The notes beneath the pieces were generated by a model. The model searched no databases, was not told the DNA's origin, and was given only the letters and a program-made list of their open reading frames with translations. Source: Gemmatimonadales bacterium (lineage in GTDB: Bacteria; Gemmatimonadota; Gemmatimonadetes; Gemmatimonadales; GWC2-71-9). Taken from it: a DNA stretch of 64,000 bases. The stretch covers positions 1,452-65,451 of the forward strand of contig DASYTD010000149.1 in the NCBI GenBank assembly GCA_036002655.1. Reading direction: 5' to 3'. The translations under genes were made by a program, and so were the position numbers. Below, piece by piece: positions 8,715 through 18,141 of this stretch (positions within the stretch are counted from its first letter, which is position 1; each line of letters starts with the position of its first letter).

Positions 8715-9889
8715 CAGTCCATCTGTCTCCGAATGAACGTCGGGATTTCCATCTCATTCAACTCCGGATTCATGGGCGCCTGCGCCGGACCGGTGCGCTT
8801 GGGCGCCACCTCGGCCGGCTTCGCGAATCCCGGGGGCGGCACGGGAGTCGGCCGGGCCGCGCGATCGCGGAACGGCAACACGCCCGCGGCCGGCCGCTGC
8901 ACGCCGGCCAAGGCGTCGGCCATCGCGCCGGTCTTATCAAACCCCGTCGCAATAACCGTGATCCGCACTTCCCCGTGCATCGCGGGATCGTTCACGGCGC
9001 CGAAAATAATCTCGGCTTCATCACCCGCCGCATCGTGAATCGCTTCGCTGATCTGCGTCACTTCGCCGAGCGTCAGGTCTTCGCCGCCGGTGATGTTGAT
9101 CAGCACGCCCGTCGCGCCGGCGATCGAGATGTTGTCGAGCAGCGGGCTCGAAATCGCCTGCTGCGCCGCTTCCATCGCGCGGTTCTCCCCACGCCCCTGG
9201 CCGGTCCCCATCAATGCCGCGCCGCCGTTTTGCATCACGGTGCGCACGTCGGCGAAATCTACATTGACCAGTCCGGTGACACAGATCAGGGCCGAGATGC
9301 CCTGTGTCGCATGCAACAGCACTTCGTCGGCCTTCTTCAGCGCATCCTGGAACGGGATGCCTTTGCCGACGACGGCGAGCAGCCGCTCGTTGGGCACGAC
9401 GATCATCGTGTCCACGTGCTTGCGCATCTCCGCGATACCCATCTCCGCCTGGCGCATGCGCTTGCGGCCCTCGAACAGGAACGGCTTGGTGCAAATCCCG
9501 ATCGTCAGCGCGCCCAGGTCGCGGGCGACCTGCGAAATGATCGGGGCCGCGCCGGTTCCGGTGCCGCCGCCCATGCCGCACGTGACGAACACGAGGTCCG
9601 CCCCCTGGAGCGAGTGCAGCACCTCGTCGCGGTTTTCCTCGATCGCCTGGCGGCCGATTTCCGGCCGCGCGCCGGCGCCGAGCCCGCGCGTCAGCTTCTT
9701 GCCGATCTGGACTTTGACGTCGGCCTTGTTGTTGAGCAGCGCCTGGGCGTCGGTGTTCACGGAGATGAATTCGACGCCGGTGACGTGCTCGTCGATCATC
9801 CGGTTCAAGGCGTTGCCGCCGCCTCCCCCGACGCCGACGACCTTCATGCGCGCGTTCTGTGTGACCGTTTCTTCGAGTTCGAAGATCAT
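8714..9889 (-). CDS. ftsZ: cell division protein FtsZ
   Basis: 391 aa. VGVGGGGGNALNRM and the tubulin signature GMGGGTGTGAAP. C-terminal conserved peptide EIPTFIRRQ. Confidence 0.97.
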   Translation of the reverse strand: MIFELEETVTQNARMKVVGVGGGGGNALNRMIDEHVTGVEFISVNTDAQALLNNKADVKVQIGKKLTRGLGAGARPEIGRQAIEENRDEVLHSLQGADLVFVTCGMGGGTGTGAAPIISQVARDLGALTIGICTKPFLFEGRKRMRQAEMGIAEMRKHVDTMIVVPNERLLAVVGKGIPFQDALKKADEVLLHATQGISALICVTGLVNVDFADVRTVMQNGGAALMGTGQGRGENRAMEAAQQAISSPLLDNISIAGATGVLINITGGEDLTLGEVTQISEAIHDAAGDEAEIIFGAVNDPAMHGEVRITVIATGFDKTGAMADALAGVQRPAAGVLPFRDRAARPTPVPPPGFAKPAEVAPKRTGPAQAPMNPELNEMEIPTFIRRQMD

Positions 9890-9921
9890 GGTTCTCCCCT
9901 AGGGCCCAAAGATGGGAGGAA

Positions 9922-11169
9922 TCAAAAGAAATCCTGTAACCAGCGCTTCAACGGTCCGAACAGCTTTTCGGGCGCGCCCCCGAACAACACGCCGGGCGCC
10001 GCCCCCTGCGCGCTCTTGCGCGCCGCGTACAACACCAAGCCGACGGGCACCGCGTAGCGCGGCGCCTGCACGCTATCCACCAATCCCGAAATCCCCAGCT
10101 CGGGATGTCCCGCGCGCACCGGCACCGCAAACACCTCGCGGGCCAGCTCGACCATCCCCGGCAGATGCGCCGTGCCGCCGCTCAACACCACCCCGGCGGG
10201 CAACCGGCCGCCGCTAAAGCCCGCGCGCTCGAACTCGCGACCCACCAGCTGGAAGATCTCGTCCACGCGCTCGTGGATGATGTGGGCGACCAGCTCGCGG
10301 GAAGCCGTGCGCGCGCCCTGTCCCTGCGTGGACGGCAGGCTCACCATTTCGCCCGCATCCACGAGCGGCGTGTAGGCGGCTCCGTGCCGTTCCTTCAATC
10401 GCTCGGCGTCCGACTGCGTCACGCCGAGGCCTTGGACCAGATCGCTCGTGACGTGCGACCCCGCGTACTTGAGCGACGCGAGGTGGCGGATCTTGCCTTC
10501 ATGAAAGATCGCGACGCCGGTCGAGCTGCCCCCCACTTCGACCAGCGCGACGCCCAGCTCCTTCTCGTCGTCCGTCAGCACCGCGTACGATGCCGCGAGC
10601 GGTTCGAGCACCACATCGGCGACGCGATAACCGGCGCGCTGGACGCTCTTGCGGAGATTCTGCGTCGCCGTCGCCTGCGCGGTGACGAGATACATCTCCA
10701 CCTCGAGCCGCGTCCCCGTCATCCCCACCGGATCCGAAATCCCCGACTGTTGATCGACCTTGTACTCCTGCGGAATGTCGTGCAGCAGCTCGTGATCCCG
10801 GCCCAACGAAACGGCGCGCGCGACTTCGTTGACCCGCGCGACGTCCTGCGGCGTGATTTCCTCGCCGCTCACGGCGACGACGCCGGTCGAGCCGCGCGCC
10901 GACACGTGCTCCCCCGCGATGCCGCACGTCACATCGGGCACGCGGGCGCCGGCCATGCGTTCGGCGTCCTTCAGCGCGGCCGCGACGGAGCGGGTCGTCT
11001 CGTCGATGTCGCGCACCAAGCCGCGCCGCACGCCGCTGTTCTTCGCGAGACCGACGCCGAGCACCTTGGCGAGCGGCGCGCGCGGCAGATCGCCCGCCAG
11101 CTCCGCGATGACGGCGCACGTTTTGGTGCTCCCGAGGTCGAGACCGGCGACGAGGCGGCGATCCGGCAT
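9922..11169 (-). CDS. ftsA: cell division protein FtsA
   Basis: Start taken at M245 of ORF 9922..11901 (MPDRRLVAGLDLGSTKTCAVIAE, actin-like phosphate-1 motif). That ATG overlaps the ftsQ stop (ATGA). The 244-codon upstream extension overlaps ftsQ and is Arg/Gly-rich. Confidence 0.95.
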   Translation of the reverse strand: MPDRRLVAGLDLGSTKTCAVIAELAGDLPRAPLAKVLGVGLAKNSGVRRGLVRDIDETTRSVAAALKDAERMAGARVPDVTCGIAGEHVSARGSTGVVAVSGEEITPQDVARVNEVARAVSLGRDHELLHDIPQEYKVDQQSGISDPVGMTGTRLEVEMYLVTAQATATQNLRKSVQRAGYRVADVVLEPLAASYAVLTDDEKELGVALVEVGGSSTGVAIFHEGKIRHLASLKYAGSHVTSDLVQGLGVTQSDAERLKERHGAAYTPLVDAGEMVSLPSTQGQGARTASRELVAHIIHERVDEIFQLVGREFERAGFSGGRLPAGVVLSGGTAHLPGMVELAREVFAVPVRAGHPELGISGLVDSVQAPRYAVPVGLVLYAARKSAQGAAPGVLFGGAPEKLFGPLKRWLQDFF

Positions 11170-11906
11170 CAGGCGCTCCTCACGCTCCTGCGCCGCACGA
11201 CGATCTGTCCCGCATAGCGGGCGTCGAGCTCGGCATAGGGGCGCGCTTTCGCGGCCAGATCTCTCGCCACCAGCACCACGGCCTCGATCACCTCCGGCCC
11301 CGCATCGCGGCTCAACAGGACGCGATGCGCGCCAAGCTCGAGAAGCACATCGCCATGCGGCACGTCGGTGCGCCGCGCGGCATCGATCGTCTGAAACAAC
11401 GCGGGATCGAACACCTGCACCCGCGCCAACAGGGCGACGACGCCGCTGTCGGCCGCCTGCACCACCGGGAGGTCGAGCCCGGCCGCGTTGGCCGGATCGA
11501 ACGGCAGCGGCCGTCCGTCCGCGTCCACCACCGCCAGCGCCCCGCGCCCATTCGCGACGAGCGCGACCGGCTCGATCTCGCGCACGATCACCTTGAGCGA
11601 GGCGGGCGGCCGGCGGATGACCGAAGCATCGGCAACACCGTCCAGTCCGCGCAAGCGCTCCGCGAGCACATTGGTATCGTCGAACACACTCGCGTGCGGC
11701 GACAACCGCATCGCCGCCAGAACCCGATCGGCATCCAAATAGCGGATGCCGACGAGCTCTACCTGCCGTACGCGGAAGAACGCCAGGCGGCGCAGCCCCA
11801 GCGGCGCCGCCATCCACATCGCCATGATCGTCATCGCCACGCCGGCCCACAACAACACACGCCGCGACGCGCGCGGCATGCGCGGGCTGCGCCATCTCCA
11901 TTTCAC
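11169..11906 (-). CDS. ftsQ: cell division protein FtsQ (POTRA domain)
   Basis: TM helix VLLWAGVAMTIMAMWMAA, then POTRA-like FRVRQVELVGIRYLDADRVLAAM. It sits between murC and ftsA. The GTG start overlaps the murC stop (GTGA); an internal ATG (M10) is an alternative start. Confidence 0.85.
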   Translation of the reverse strand: MKWRWRSPRMPRASRRVLLWAGVAMTIMAMWMAAPLGLRRLAFFRVRQVELVGIRYLDADRVLAAMRLSPHASVFDDTNVLAERLRGLDGVADASVIRRPPASLKVIVREIEPVALVANGRGALAVVDADGRPLPFDPANAAGLDLPVVQAADSGVVALLARVQVFDPALFQTIDAARRTDVPHGDVLLELGAHRVLLSRDAGPEVIEAVVLVARDLAAKARPYAELDARYAGQIVVRRRSVRSA

Positions 11907-13312
11907 GCGACTGCTCCCTGCTCCCCGCTCCCCCCTCTCAGTATTTGCAGCAGCTCGGGCCCGACCCGCGTCACGTCGCCCGCACCGAGCGTGAACACGA
12001 CGTCACCCTGACGGAGCGCGCGCGCGACATGACCCGTCAGGCCGGTGCGATCGCGAACCGCGACCGTCGCCGCCCCGGCGCGCGTCGCTCCACGCACCAC
12101 CAGGTGATGCGTCACGCCCGCCAGCGGCTGCTCGCGCGCGCCGTAGATCGGCGCGACGATTACCATGTCGGCCGCCGCGAGCGCCGTTCCCAACGCTTCG
12201 CCGTGCAACGCCGTGCGCGAATACAGATGCGGCTGAAACACGGCGATCACGCGCCGGCCGGGGAACGCCTGCCGCGCCGCGGCGAGCGTCGCCGTTACTT
12301 CCGTCGGGTGGTGCGCGTAATCGTCCACGACCGTCACGCCACCCGCGTCCCCTAATCGCTCGAAGCGCCGACCGACGCCGTGGAATCCGGACAACGCGTT
12401 CGCACCGGCCTGAACATCCGCGCCGAGCGACTGGAGCACGCCGAGCGCCGCGGCCGCGTTGCGCACGTTGTGTAGTCCCGGCACGGCCAGCGCGAGCTCG
12501 ACTGTGTGACCGCCCGGCAGCGAAATCGTCGCGCGCGAGCCCCCCGGCTCGAGTCGCACGGCGCGGATGCGCACGTCGGCCGTCGGCCCGAGGCCGACCC
12601 GCCACACCGGCGCTCCGACTTTCAAGGCCACTCGATCCGCGCCCACGTCGTCGGCGCCCACGATCACGCGCTCGGCTCGTCCCGCGAAATCCGCGAACGC
12701 CTCCTCGAGCGCGTCTACGCTGCCGTAGCACTCGAGGTGATCCGCTTCGACGTTGTTCACCACCGCGACCGTCGGCTGGAGCGACAGGAACGCCTTGTCG
12801 TACTCGTCGGCCTCGACGACAAACAGCTCATCGCCGCCGATGCGGGCGTTGCCGCCCCACTCAGCGACACGGCCGCCGGCGAGTCCCGTTGGGTTTCGCC
12901 CGGCGGCCGTGAGCGCTTCAGTCACCATGACCGTGGTGGTCGTCTTGCCGTGTGTGCCAGCGACCGCCACCAGCCTCGCTCCACCACCGGCAACCAGCTC
13001 TCCCAACGCATCGGCGCGACGCACAACCGGCAGGCCCAAGGCCCGCGCCCGTTCCAATTCGGGATGGTCCCGCGGGACGGCGGCCGTAACGACGACCGCG
13101 CGAACCCCGTCCAGATGGCTCGGATCGTGGCCCCGCGCAACAGGCACTCCCAAGGCTGTCAGGTCGTCAGCCCCAACGCCGGAACTATCCGAATCACAAC
13201 CAGTTATGGAGACTCCCCGGTGCTTAGCAATCAAAGCCAAGGCGCTCATCCCCGCCCCGGCTATGCCCATGAAATGGATGGGTTTGGGGTCCCCGGTTCG
13301 AAACAAGGTCAT
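11903..13312 (-). CDS. murC: UDP-N-acetylmuramate--L-alanine ligase
   Basis: 469 aa. IHFMGIAGAGMSALA, VAGTHGKTTTT and DDYAHHPTE. The C-terminal tail RGGSGEQGAVA is encoded by a heptamer array. Confidence 0.95.
   Translation of the reverse strand: MTLFRTGDPKPIHFMGIAGAGMSALALIAKHRGVSITGCDSDSSGVGADDLTALGVPVARGHDPSHLDGVRAVVVTAAVPRDHPELERARALGLPVVRRADALGELVAGGGARLVAVAGTHGKTTTTVMVTEALTAAGRNPTGLAGGRVAEWGGNARIGGDELFVVEADEYDKAFLSLQPTVAVVNNVEADHLECYGSVDALEEAFADFAGRAERVIVGADDVGADRVALKVGAPVWRVGLGPTADVRIRAVRLEPGGSRATISLPGGHTVELALAVPGLHNVRNAAAALGVLQSLGADVQAGANALSGFHGVGRRFERLGDAGGVTVVDDYAHHPTEVTATLAAARQAFPGRRVIAVFQPHLYSRTALHGEALGTALAAADMVIVAPIYGAREQPLAGVTHHLVVRGATRAGAATVAVRDRTGLTGHVARALRQGDVVFTLGAGDVTRVGPELLQILRGGSGEQGAVA
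11912..11939. repeat. tandem heptamer array (TGCTCCC x2, CGCTCCC, CCCTCTC)
   Basis: Read directly: tgctccc tgctccc cgctccc ccctctc. It lies at the extreme 3' end of murC, just upstream of the ftsQ start. Confidence 0.75.
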
Positions 13313-13336
13313 CTGTGGGCAGCTAATATAGGGAAT

Positions 13337-14422
13337 TTACACAACTTGCGAAAGCTCTAGAACCTTTTCGATGATGGTTCGGGCGGCGTTCGGATGGCCC
13401 CGACTCCGGGCACTCCGGGCGAGCGCCTCGAGTCGGACGCGGTCATGGGCGAGCGCGGTGACGGTCCTCGAAAACGCCTCGGGCGCGAGCTCGCGCTCGA
13501 CCAGCATCACACTCGCGCCGGCACTGACCATCGCGCGCGCATTGAAGGTTTGATGATCCGCCGCAGCCGTGGGGAGCGGCACCAAGATGCTCGGCTTCCC
13601 CCAGGCGCACAGCTCGGCCACCGTCATCGCGCCGGCGCGCGCCACGACGAGATCGGCCGCGGTGTAGGCGGTGGCAATCGGATCGAAGAATCCCCGCACG
13701 ACGACGCGGCCCGGCACCGCACGCTCGGCGTAGTGTGGCTCGTGCTTGGTGCCCGTGCCCCACAACACATTCATGTCGCCGAGCAGCTCGCGATGCAGCG
13801 CCCGGCCCACGGTTTCGTTCAACGCGCGAGCGCCCTGACTGCCGCCCACGACGAGCACGGTGGGTCGCTCCGCCTGCAGGCCGAACTCCGCTCGTGCCGC
13901 GAGCGCATCCACGCGACCCGGGGGCGTTACGGGATTTCCGAACACGAAGACCTGCGTATGTGGGCCGGGTGACAGGCGCAGATGTGCTTCGGGAAATCCG
14001 AGATGCACCTGCCGCGCACCGCGCGCGAGCCAACGCGTGGTGAGCCCGGGGAAGGCGTTCTGCTCTTGCAGTGCCGTCGGAATTCGCGCGCGCTGCGCGC
14101 GCCACACGACGGGACCGGCCGCGTATCCGCCGGTCCCGATGACGATCGCCGGCCGTTCGTCGTTCAGCACGCGTCCCGCCGCGCGCCACGCGCGCACGGC
14201 GATCAGCGGCCAGCGCACGTTGCGCCACCACGCGTTGCGGTACAGCGGCTCCATCGGCAGGAGATAAAACCGGAACGGATGGCGCGGCAGGATCTGCGCC
14301 TCGATGCCGCGCGCCGCCCCAACCAATACGACTTCATGTCCGTGGTCCGCAGCGACGCGCGCGAGTGCGAGTGCGGGCATGAGGTGACCGCCGGTGCCGC
14401 CGCCGGCAATCAAAATCTTCAT
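13337..14422 (-). CDS. murG: undecaprenyldiphospho-muramoylpentapeptide beta-N-acetylglucosaminyltransferase
   Basis: Start taken at M13 (MKILIAGGGTGGHLMPALA, the canonical MurG N-terminus), not at the upstream TTG of the ORF track. Confidence 0.93.
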   Translation of the reverse strand: MKILIAGGGTGGHLMPALALARVAADHGHEVVLVGAARGIEAQILPRHPFRFYLLPMEPLYRNAWWRNVRWPLIAVRAWRAAGRVLNDERPAIVIGTGGYAAGPVVWRAQRARIPTALQEQNAFPGLTTRWLARGARQVHLGFPEAHLRLSPGPHTQVFVFGNPVTPPGRVDALAARAEFGLQAERPTVLVVGGSQGARALNETVGRALHRELLGDMNVLWGTGTKHEPHYAERAVPGRVVVRGFFDPIATAYTAADLVVARAGAMTVAELCAWGKPSILVPLPTAAADHQTFNARAMVSAGASVMLVERELAPEAFSRTVTALAHDRVRLEALARSARSRGHPNAARTIIEKVLELSQVV

Positions 14423-14516
14423 AACTGCGCGTGCGGCGTGGGGCGTGCGGCGTGGCAATGAAATGTTGCGCGCCTCATCGACCTCTCATTTCTACGCCGC
14501 ACGCCACACGCAGTTA
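14422..14516 (-). promoter_or_regulatory. intergenic imperfect palindrome / RNA hairpin between ftsW stop and murG start
   Basis: The mRNA sense reads UAACUGC-GUGUG-GCGUGCGGCGU...(about 53 nt)...ACGCCGCACGC-GCAGUUA-UG. The 7-bp and 11-bp stems are perfect. The first 3 nt are the ftsW stop codon and the last stem nucleotide is the A of the murG AUG. A tandem GCGTGCGGCGTGG unit on one arm allows alternative pairings. Confidence 0.6.
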
Positions 14517-15626
14517 CGCCACACGTGAATCTCTCCGGGCTCGTCCCACACTCGCCAGTACACCGGTGGCGGCGAGCGCCACGATCAGTGACGAGCGCCC
14601 ATACGAGATGAAGGGCAGCGTCACGCCTGTCGCCGGGATGACGGCGAGCGTCACGCCGATGTGCAGCACGACGCTGAGGCCGATCATCACGGTGATGCCG
14701 GTGGCGAGGAGCTGACCAAAAGGATCACGCGCATGACGGGCGATCCGAAATCCGAGCCAGACGAACGTGCCGAACAGTAGCGCGATCGCGAGCACGCCGA
14801 GAAAGCCCCACTCCTCCCCGATCGTCGAGAAAATGAAATCGGAGTACGCGTACGGCAGGTAGCCGAGCTTTTGCTGCCCCTGTCCGAATCCCGCGCCGAG
14901 CAGCTGCCCTGCCCCGATGCCGGTGAGCGACTGCTGCACCTGCCATGTCGCTTCGGTCGGCGCGGCGCCCGGATTCAGAAACGTCAGCACGCGCGCGAGC
15001 CGGTATTGCGCCGTGGCCACGGCCCCGTAGAGCAGCGGTCCCGCGGCGACACCGAGGGCGAGGAAGTGGCCGATGCGCGCCCCGGCCGTGAAGAGCACGC
15101 TGCCGGCGAGAATCGCGACGAGCAGCGCCATGGACAAATGCGGCTCGAGGAAGATCAGTCCGATGACGGGGACCAGGATGACGACGAACGGCAGCACGCC
15201 CATCTTGAAGTCGCGCAGCTGCTCGCCTTTCTTCGCGGCGAGCATGGCACACCACACCACGACCGCGAACTTGGCGAGCTCCGACGGCTGCAACGTGAGG
15301 ACGCCGAGATTGACCCAGCGGCGCGCGCCGTTGATCGTGGGCGTGATGGTGTGCGTGAACGGCAGCAACGGAATCAGCAGCAGCAGCACGGTGACGCCGA
15401 GCAGCGGCCACGCCCAGCGACGCCAGCGATGGTAGTCGGTGCGCGCGAACACCACCGCGAGCAGGCCCCCGACGGCCGCGCCGACCGCCTGGCGCAGCGC
15501 AAAGCTCGCGCCCACCTGCCCACCGGCGGTCGTGACGAGACTCGAGGCACCGTACACCGCCGCGATGCCGAAGACCACCAGCACCGCGGTCACAACGGCG
15601 AGCAGCCGCGGTTCCCATTCCTTCAT
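14514..15626 (-). CDS. ftsW: SEDS-family peptidoglycan glycosyltransferase FtsW
   Basis: Start taken at M123 of ORF 14514..15992 (MKEWEPRLLAVVTAVLVVFG); it overlaps the murD stop (ATGA). Multi-TM protein with the SEDS motifs INGARRWV and SDFIFSTIGEEWGF. Confidence 0.92.
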   Translation of the reverse strand: MKEWEPRLLAVVTAVLVVFGIAAVYGASSLVTTAGGQVGASFALRQAVGAAVGGLLAVVFARTDYHRWRRWAWPLLGVTVLLLLIPLLPFTHTITPTINGARRWVNLGVLTLQPSELAKFAVVVWCAMLAAKKGEQLRDFKMGVLPFVVILVPVIGLIFLEPHLSMALLVAILAGSVLFTAGARIGHFLALGVAAGPLLYGAVATAQYRLARVLTFLNPGAAPTEATWQVQQSLTGIGAGQLLGAGFGQGQQKLGYLPYAYSDFIFSTIGEEWGFLGVLAIALLFGTFVWLGFRIARHARDPFGQLLATGITVMIGLSVVLHIGVTLAVIPATGVTLPFISYGRSSLIVALAATGVLASVGRARRDSRVA

Positions 15627-17005
15627 GGTTCCACCAACCGGCGGAACGTGGCGCCGCGCTCTTCGTAATTCTTGAACATGTCGTAGCTCGAGCACGCGGG
15701 AGAGAGCAGCACCGCGTCTCCGCGCTGGGCCGCGCGGCGCGCCCGCTCGATCACGTCCTCGAATGTCGTGCCGCGCTCGAGCGGCACTTTCCCGGCGAGG
15801 TCCTGCTCGACCAGCGGGCCCGCCTCGCCGTAGGCGATCACCCGCCGGCAGCGTTCCGCGAGCAGCGGCGCGAGACTGGTGTACAGCTCGCCTTTGTGAC
15901 GGCCCCCCAGCAGCAGCACGAAGGGCCGCTCCATCGCGATCACCGCCACGGTCGTCGCGGCGATGTTCGTCGCTTTGGAGTCGTTGATCCACAACACCCC
16001 GTCCACCTCGCGAACCGGCTCGAGGCGATGCGGCAGCGGCCGGAACGATCGCAGCCCTGCAGCGATCAGCGCCGCCGGGACGCCGGCTTCGTGAACGGCG
16101 AGCGCCGCCGCGAGCGCGTTCGCGACATTGTGATCGCCGAGGAGATGCAGCTCACCGCGTTTGAGCAACGCTTCCTCTCCCAGCCGCAACGTCTGGCTGC
16201 TCTTGTCGTACCATGCGCCGGCACTCTTCACGAGCGAGAAGAGCACACATCGCCCTGGAACGCCCCGCGCAAGTTGGAGCACGAGCGGGTCGTCTTCGTT
16301 CAGCACCCACACGTCCTCGTCACGCGCATTGCGAAAGAGCAGCCGCTTGTCGGCGTAATACGCTTCCGCCGACGGATAGCGGTCGAGGTGGTCAGGCGCG
16401 AGGTTCGTCAGGATCCCGACTTCCGGCGCGAAGTTGGGACTGTCGTGCAGCTGAAACGACGAGACCTCGAGACTCAGCCACTGGAAGTCCTCGTTGGCCA
16501 TGGCGAGTTCGGTCACCGGACGGCCGATGTTGCCGGCGGTCGTCGCCCGCAGACCGGCAGCACTCAGCACATGAGCCACCAGCGCCGTCGTCGTCGTCTT
16601 GCCGTTGGTCCCGGTGATCGCGATGCTGTGCGTGCCCGGCTGCAGCGCCGCGAGTGCACGGAATCCCAGATCCAGCTCCGAGACGATCTCGACGCCGGCG
16701 TGTCGCGCCGCAGCCAGCACCGGCGCGTCCGGCGGCACGCCCGGCGACACCACGACGCCCGCGGCGTGGCGGATCTTGTTGAGGTCGTGCCGGCCGATCT
16801 CCACCTCAACCCAGGGCACGCTCTTCAGCGCGTCGGCCGCGTCGCCCGCGTCGGGGTGGTCGGATGCGTCGCTCGCGTAGACGCGGACGCCTTCGCGGGC
16901 CAGGAGGCGCGCCGCCGCGACGCCGCTCTTGCCGAGGCCGATGATCGCGACGACGCTCCCCGCGCGACGCCAGGCATCAGGCACGAGACGCGCTTGCTCG
17001 ATCAT
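15623..17005 (-). CDS. murD: UDP-N-acetylmuramoylalanine--D-glutamate ligase
   Basis: Start taken at M59 (MIEQARL...VAIIGLGKSGVAAARLL); it overlaps the mraY stop (ATGA). ITGTNGKTTTT motif. Confidence 0.93.
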   Translation of the reverse strand: MIEQARLVPDAWRRAGSVVAIIGLGKSGVAAARLLAREGVRVYASDASDHPDAGDAADALKSVPWVEVEIGRHDLNKIRHAAGVVVSPGVPPDAPVLAAARHAGVEIVSELDLGFRALAALQPGTHSIAITGTNGKTTTTALVAHVLSAAGLRATTAGNIGRPVTELAMANEDFQWLSLEVSSFQLHDSPNFAPEVGILTNLAPDHLDRYPSAEAYYADKRLLFRNARDEDVWVLNEDDPLVLQLARGVPGRCVLFSLVKSAGAWYDKSSQTLRLGEEALLKRGELHLLGDHNVANALAAALAVHEAGVPAALIAAGLRSFRPLPHRLEPVREVDGVLWINDSKATNIAATTVAVIAMERPFVLLLGGRHKGELYTSLAPLLAERCRRVIAYGEAGPLVEQDLAGKVPLERGTTFEDVIERARRAAQRGDAVLLSPACSSYDMFKNYEERGATFRRLVEP

Positions 17006-18123
17006 CGCACCTTGAGCGTGGCCAGCGCGATCATCGCGCACAGCACCCCCAGGATGTAGAACCGCATGACCACCTGCGGCTCCGCCCAGCCGAGTTTTTC
17101 GAAGTGGTGATGCAGCGGGGCCATGCGAAAGACCTTGTGGGCGTCGGCGTACTCCTTTCCGTAGCGGCGCTTGCGCCACTTATACGTGGTCGTCTGGATC
17201 AGCACCGACAGCGTCTCGGCGGCGAACACGGCGCCCGCGATGAGGAGCAGGAATTCGGTCTTGACGAGGATGGCGACGGTGCCCAACGCTCCACCGATCG
17301 CGAGCGCGCCGGTATCGCCCATGAACACCTGTGCCGGGTGGGCGTTGAACCAGAGGAACCCAAGCGCCGCGCCCACCAACGCGCCGCAGAAGATCGCGAG
17401 CTCGCCCGCCCCGGGGAGATAGAGCACGAGCAACCATCGCGTGGCGTCTACGCGCCCGAACAGGTACGTGAAGATCGCGAAGGCACCCGCCACGATCACG
17501 GTAAGTCCCGCCGCGAGTCCATCCAGCCCATCCGTGAGGTTTACGGCGTTGGAGCTTGCGGTGGTTACGAACGTCACGAAGAAGAGATACAACCACCATG
17601 GCAGCACCAGGACGATGTACTTGAAAAACGGCAGCTGCGTGGCCGATGGTTCAACGCTGGTGGTCAGAGGAAAGAGCAACAGGTACACACCCAACCCGAC
17701 GCCGAACGAGATCTGGCCCACGAGCTTCCAGCGCGCGACGAGCCCCTGCGACTGGCCGCGCACGATCTTCAAGTAGTCGTCCAGGAAGCCGATGAGTCCC
17801 ATCCACAGCGTCGCGACGACCGCGACAATCACATAGCGGCTGTCGAGCCGCGCCCACAGCAGCGTCGGCACCACCGTCGCCAGGATGATGATCAGGCCGC
17901 CCATCGTCGGCGTGCCGCGCTTGCCGTGGTGACTCGTCGGGCCTTCGGCGCGCACGATCTGGCCGATGCGGTGCTCGCGCAGCTTGCCGATGATCCAGGG
18001 ACCGACGATAAACGCGAGCAGCAGCGCGGTAACGGTCGCGCCCGCCGCGCGGAAGGTGATGTAGTTGAAGAGATTGAAGATGATGTGCTGGCGAGCGAGC
18101 GGCGCGAGCAAATGATAGAGCAC
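17002..18123 (-). CDS. mraY: phospho-N-acetylmuramoyl-pentapeptide transferase
   Basis: 373 aa. Motifs NAVNLTDGLDGLA, MGDTGALAIGGALG and APLHHHFE. Confidence 0.97.
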   Translation of the reverse strand: MLYHLLAPLARQHIIFNLFNYITFRAAGATVTALLLAFIVGPWIIGKLREHRIGQIVRAEGPTSHHGKRGTPTMGGLIIILATVVPTLLWARLDSRYVIVAVVATLWMGLIGFLDDYLKIVRGQSQGLVARWKLVGQISFGVGLGVYLLLFPLTTSVEPSATQLPFFKYIVLVLPWWLYLFFVTFVTTASSNAVNLTDGLDGLAAGLTVIVAGAFAIFTYLFGRVDATRWLLVLYLPGAGELAIFCGALVGAALGFLWFNAHPAQVFMGDTGALAIGGALGTVAILVKTEFLLLIAGAVFAAETLSVLIQTTTYKWRKRRYGKEYADAHKVFRMAPLHHHFEKLGWAEPQVVMRFYILGVLCAMIALATLKVR

Positions 18124-18141
18124 GTGACGTCTTCTCCGCCG

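Noticed and set aside
11170-11901. Long N-terminal extensions offered by the ORF track. Examples are the extra codons on FtsA (+244), FtsW (+122), MurD (+58), MglB (+198), TilS (+164), CheR (+63) and CheA (+42).
   Set aside because: The extensions overlap the upstream gene and are Arg/Gly-rich with no family signal. In each case a start codon sits at the canonical N-terminus, usually forming an ATGA/GTGA overlap with the upstream stop.
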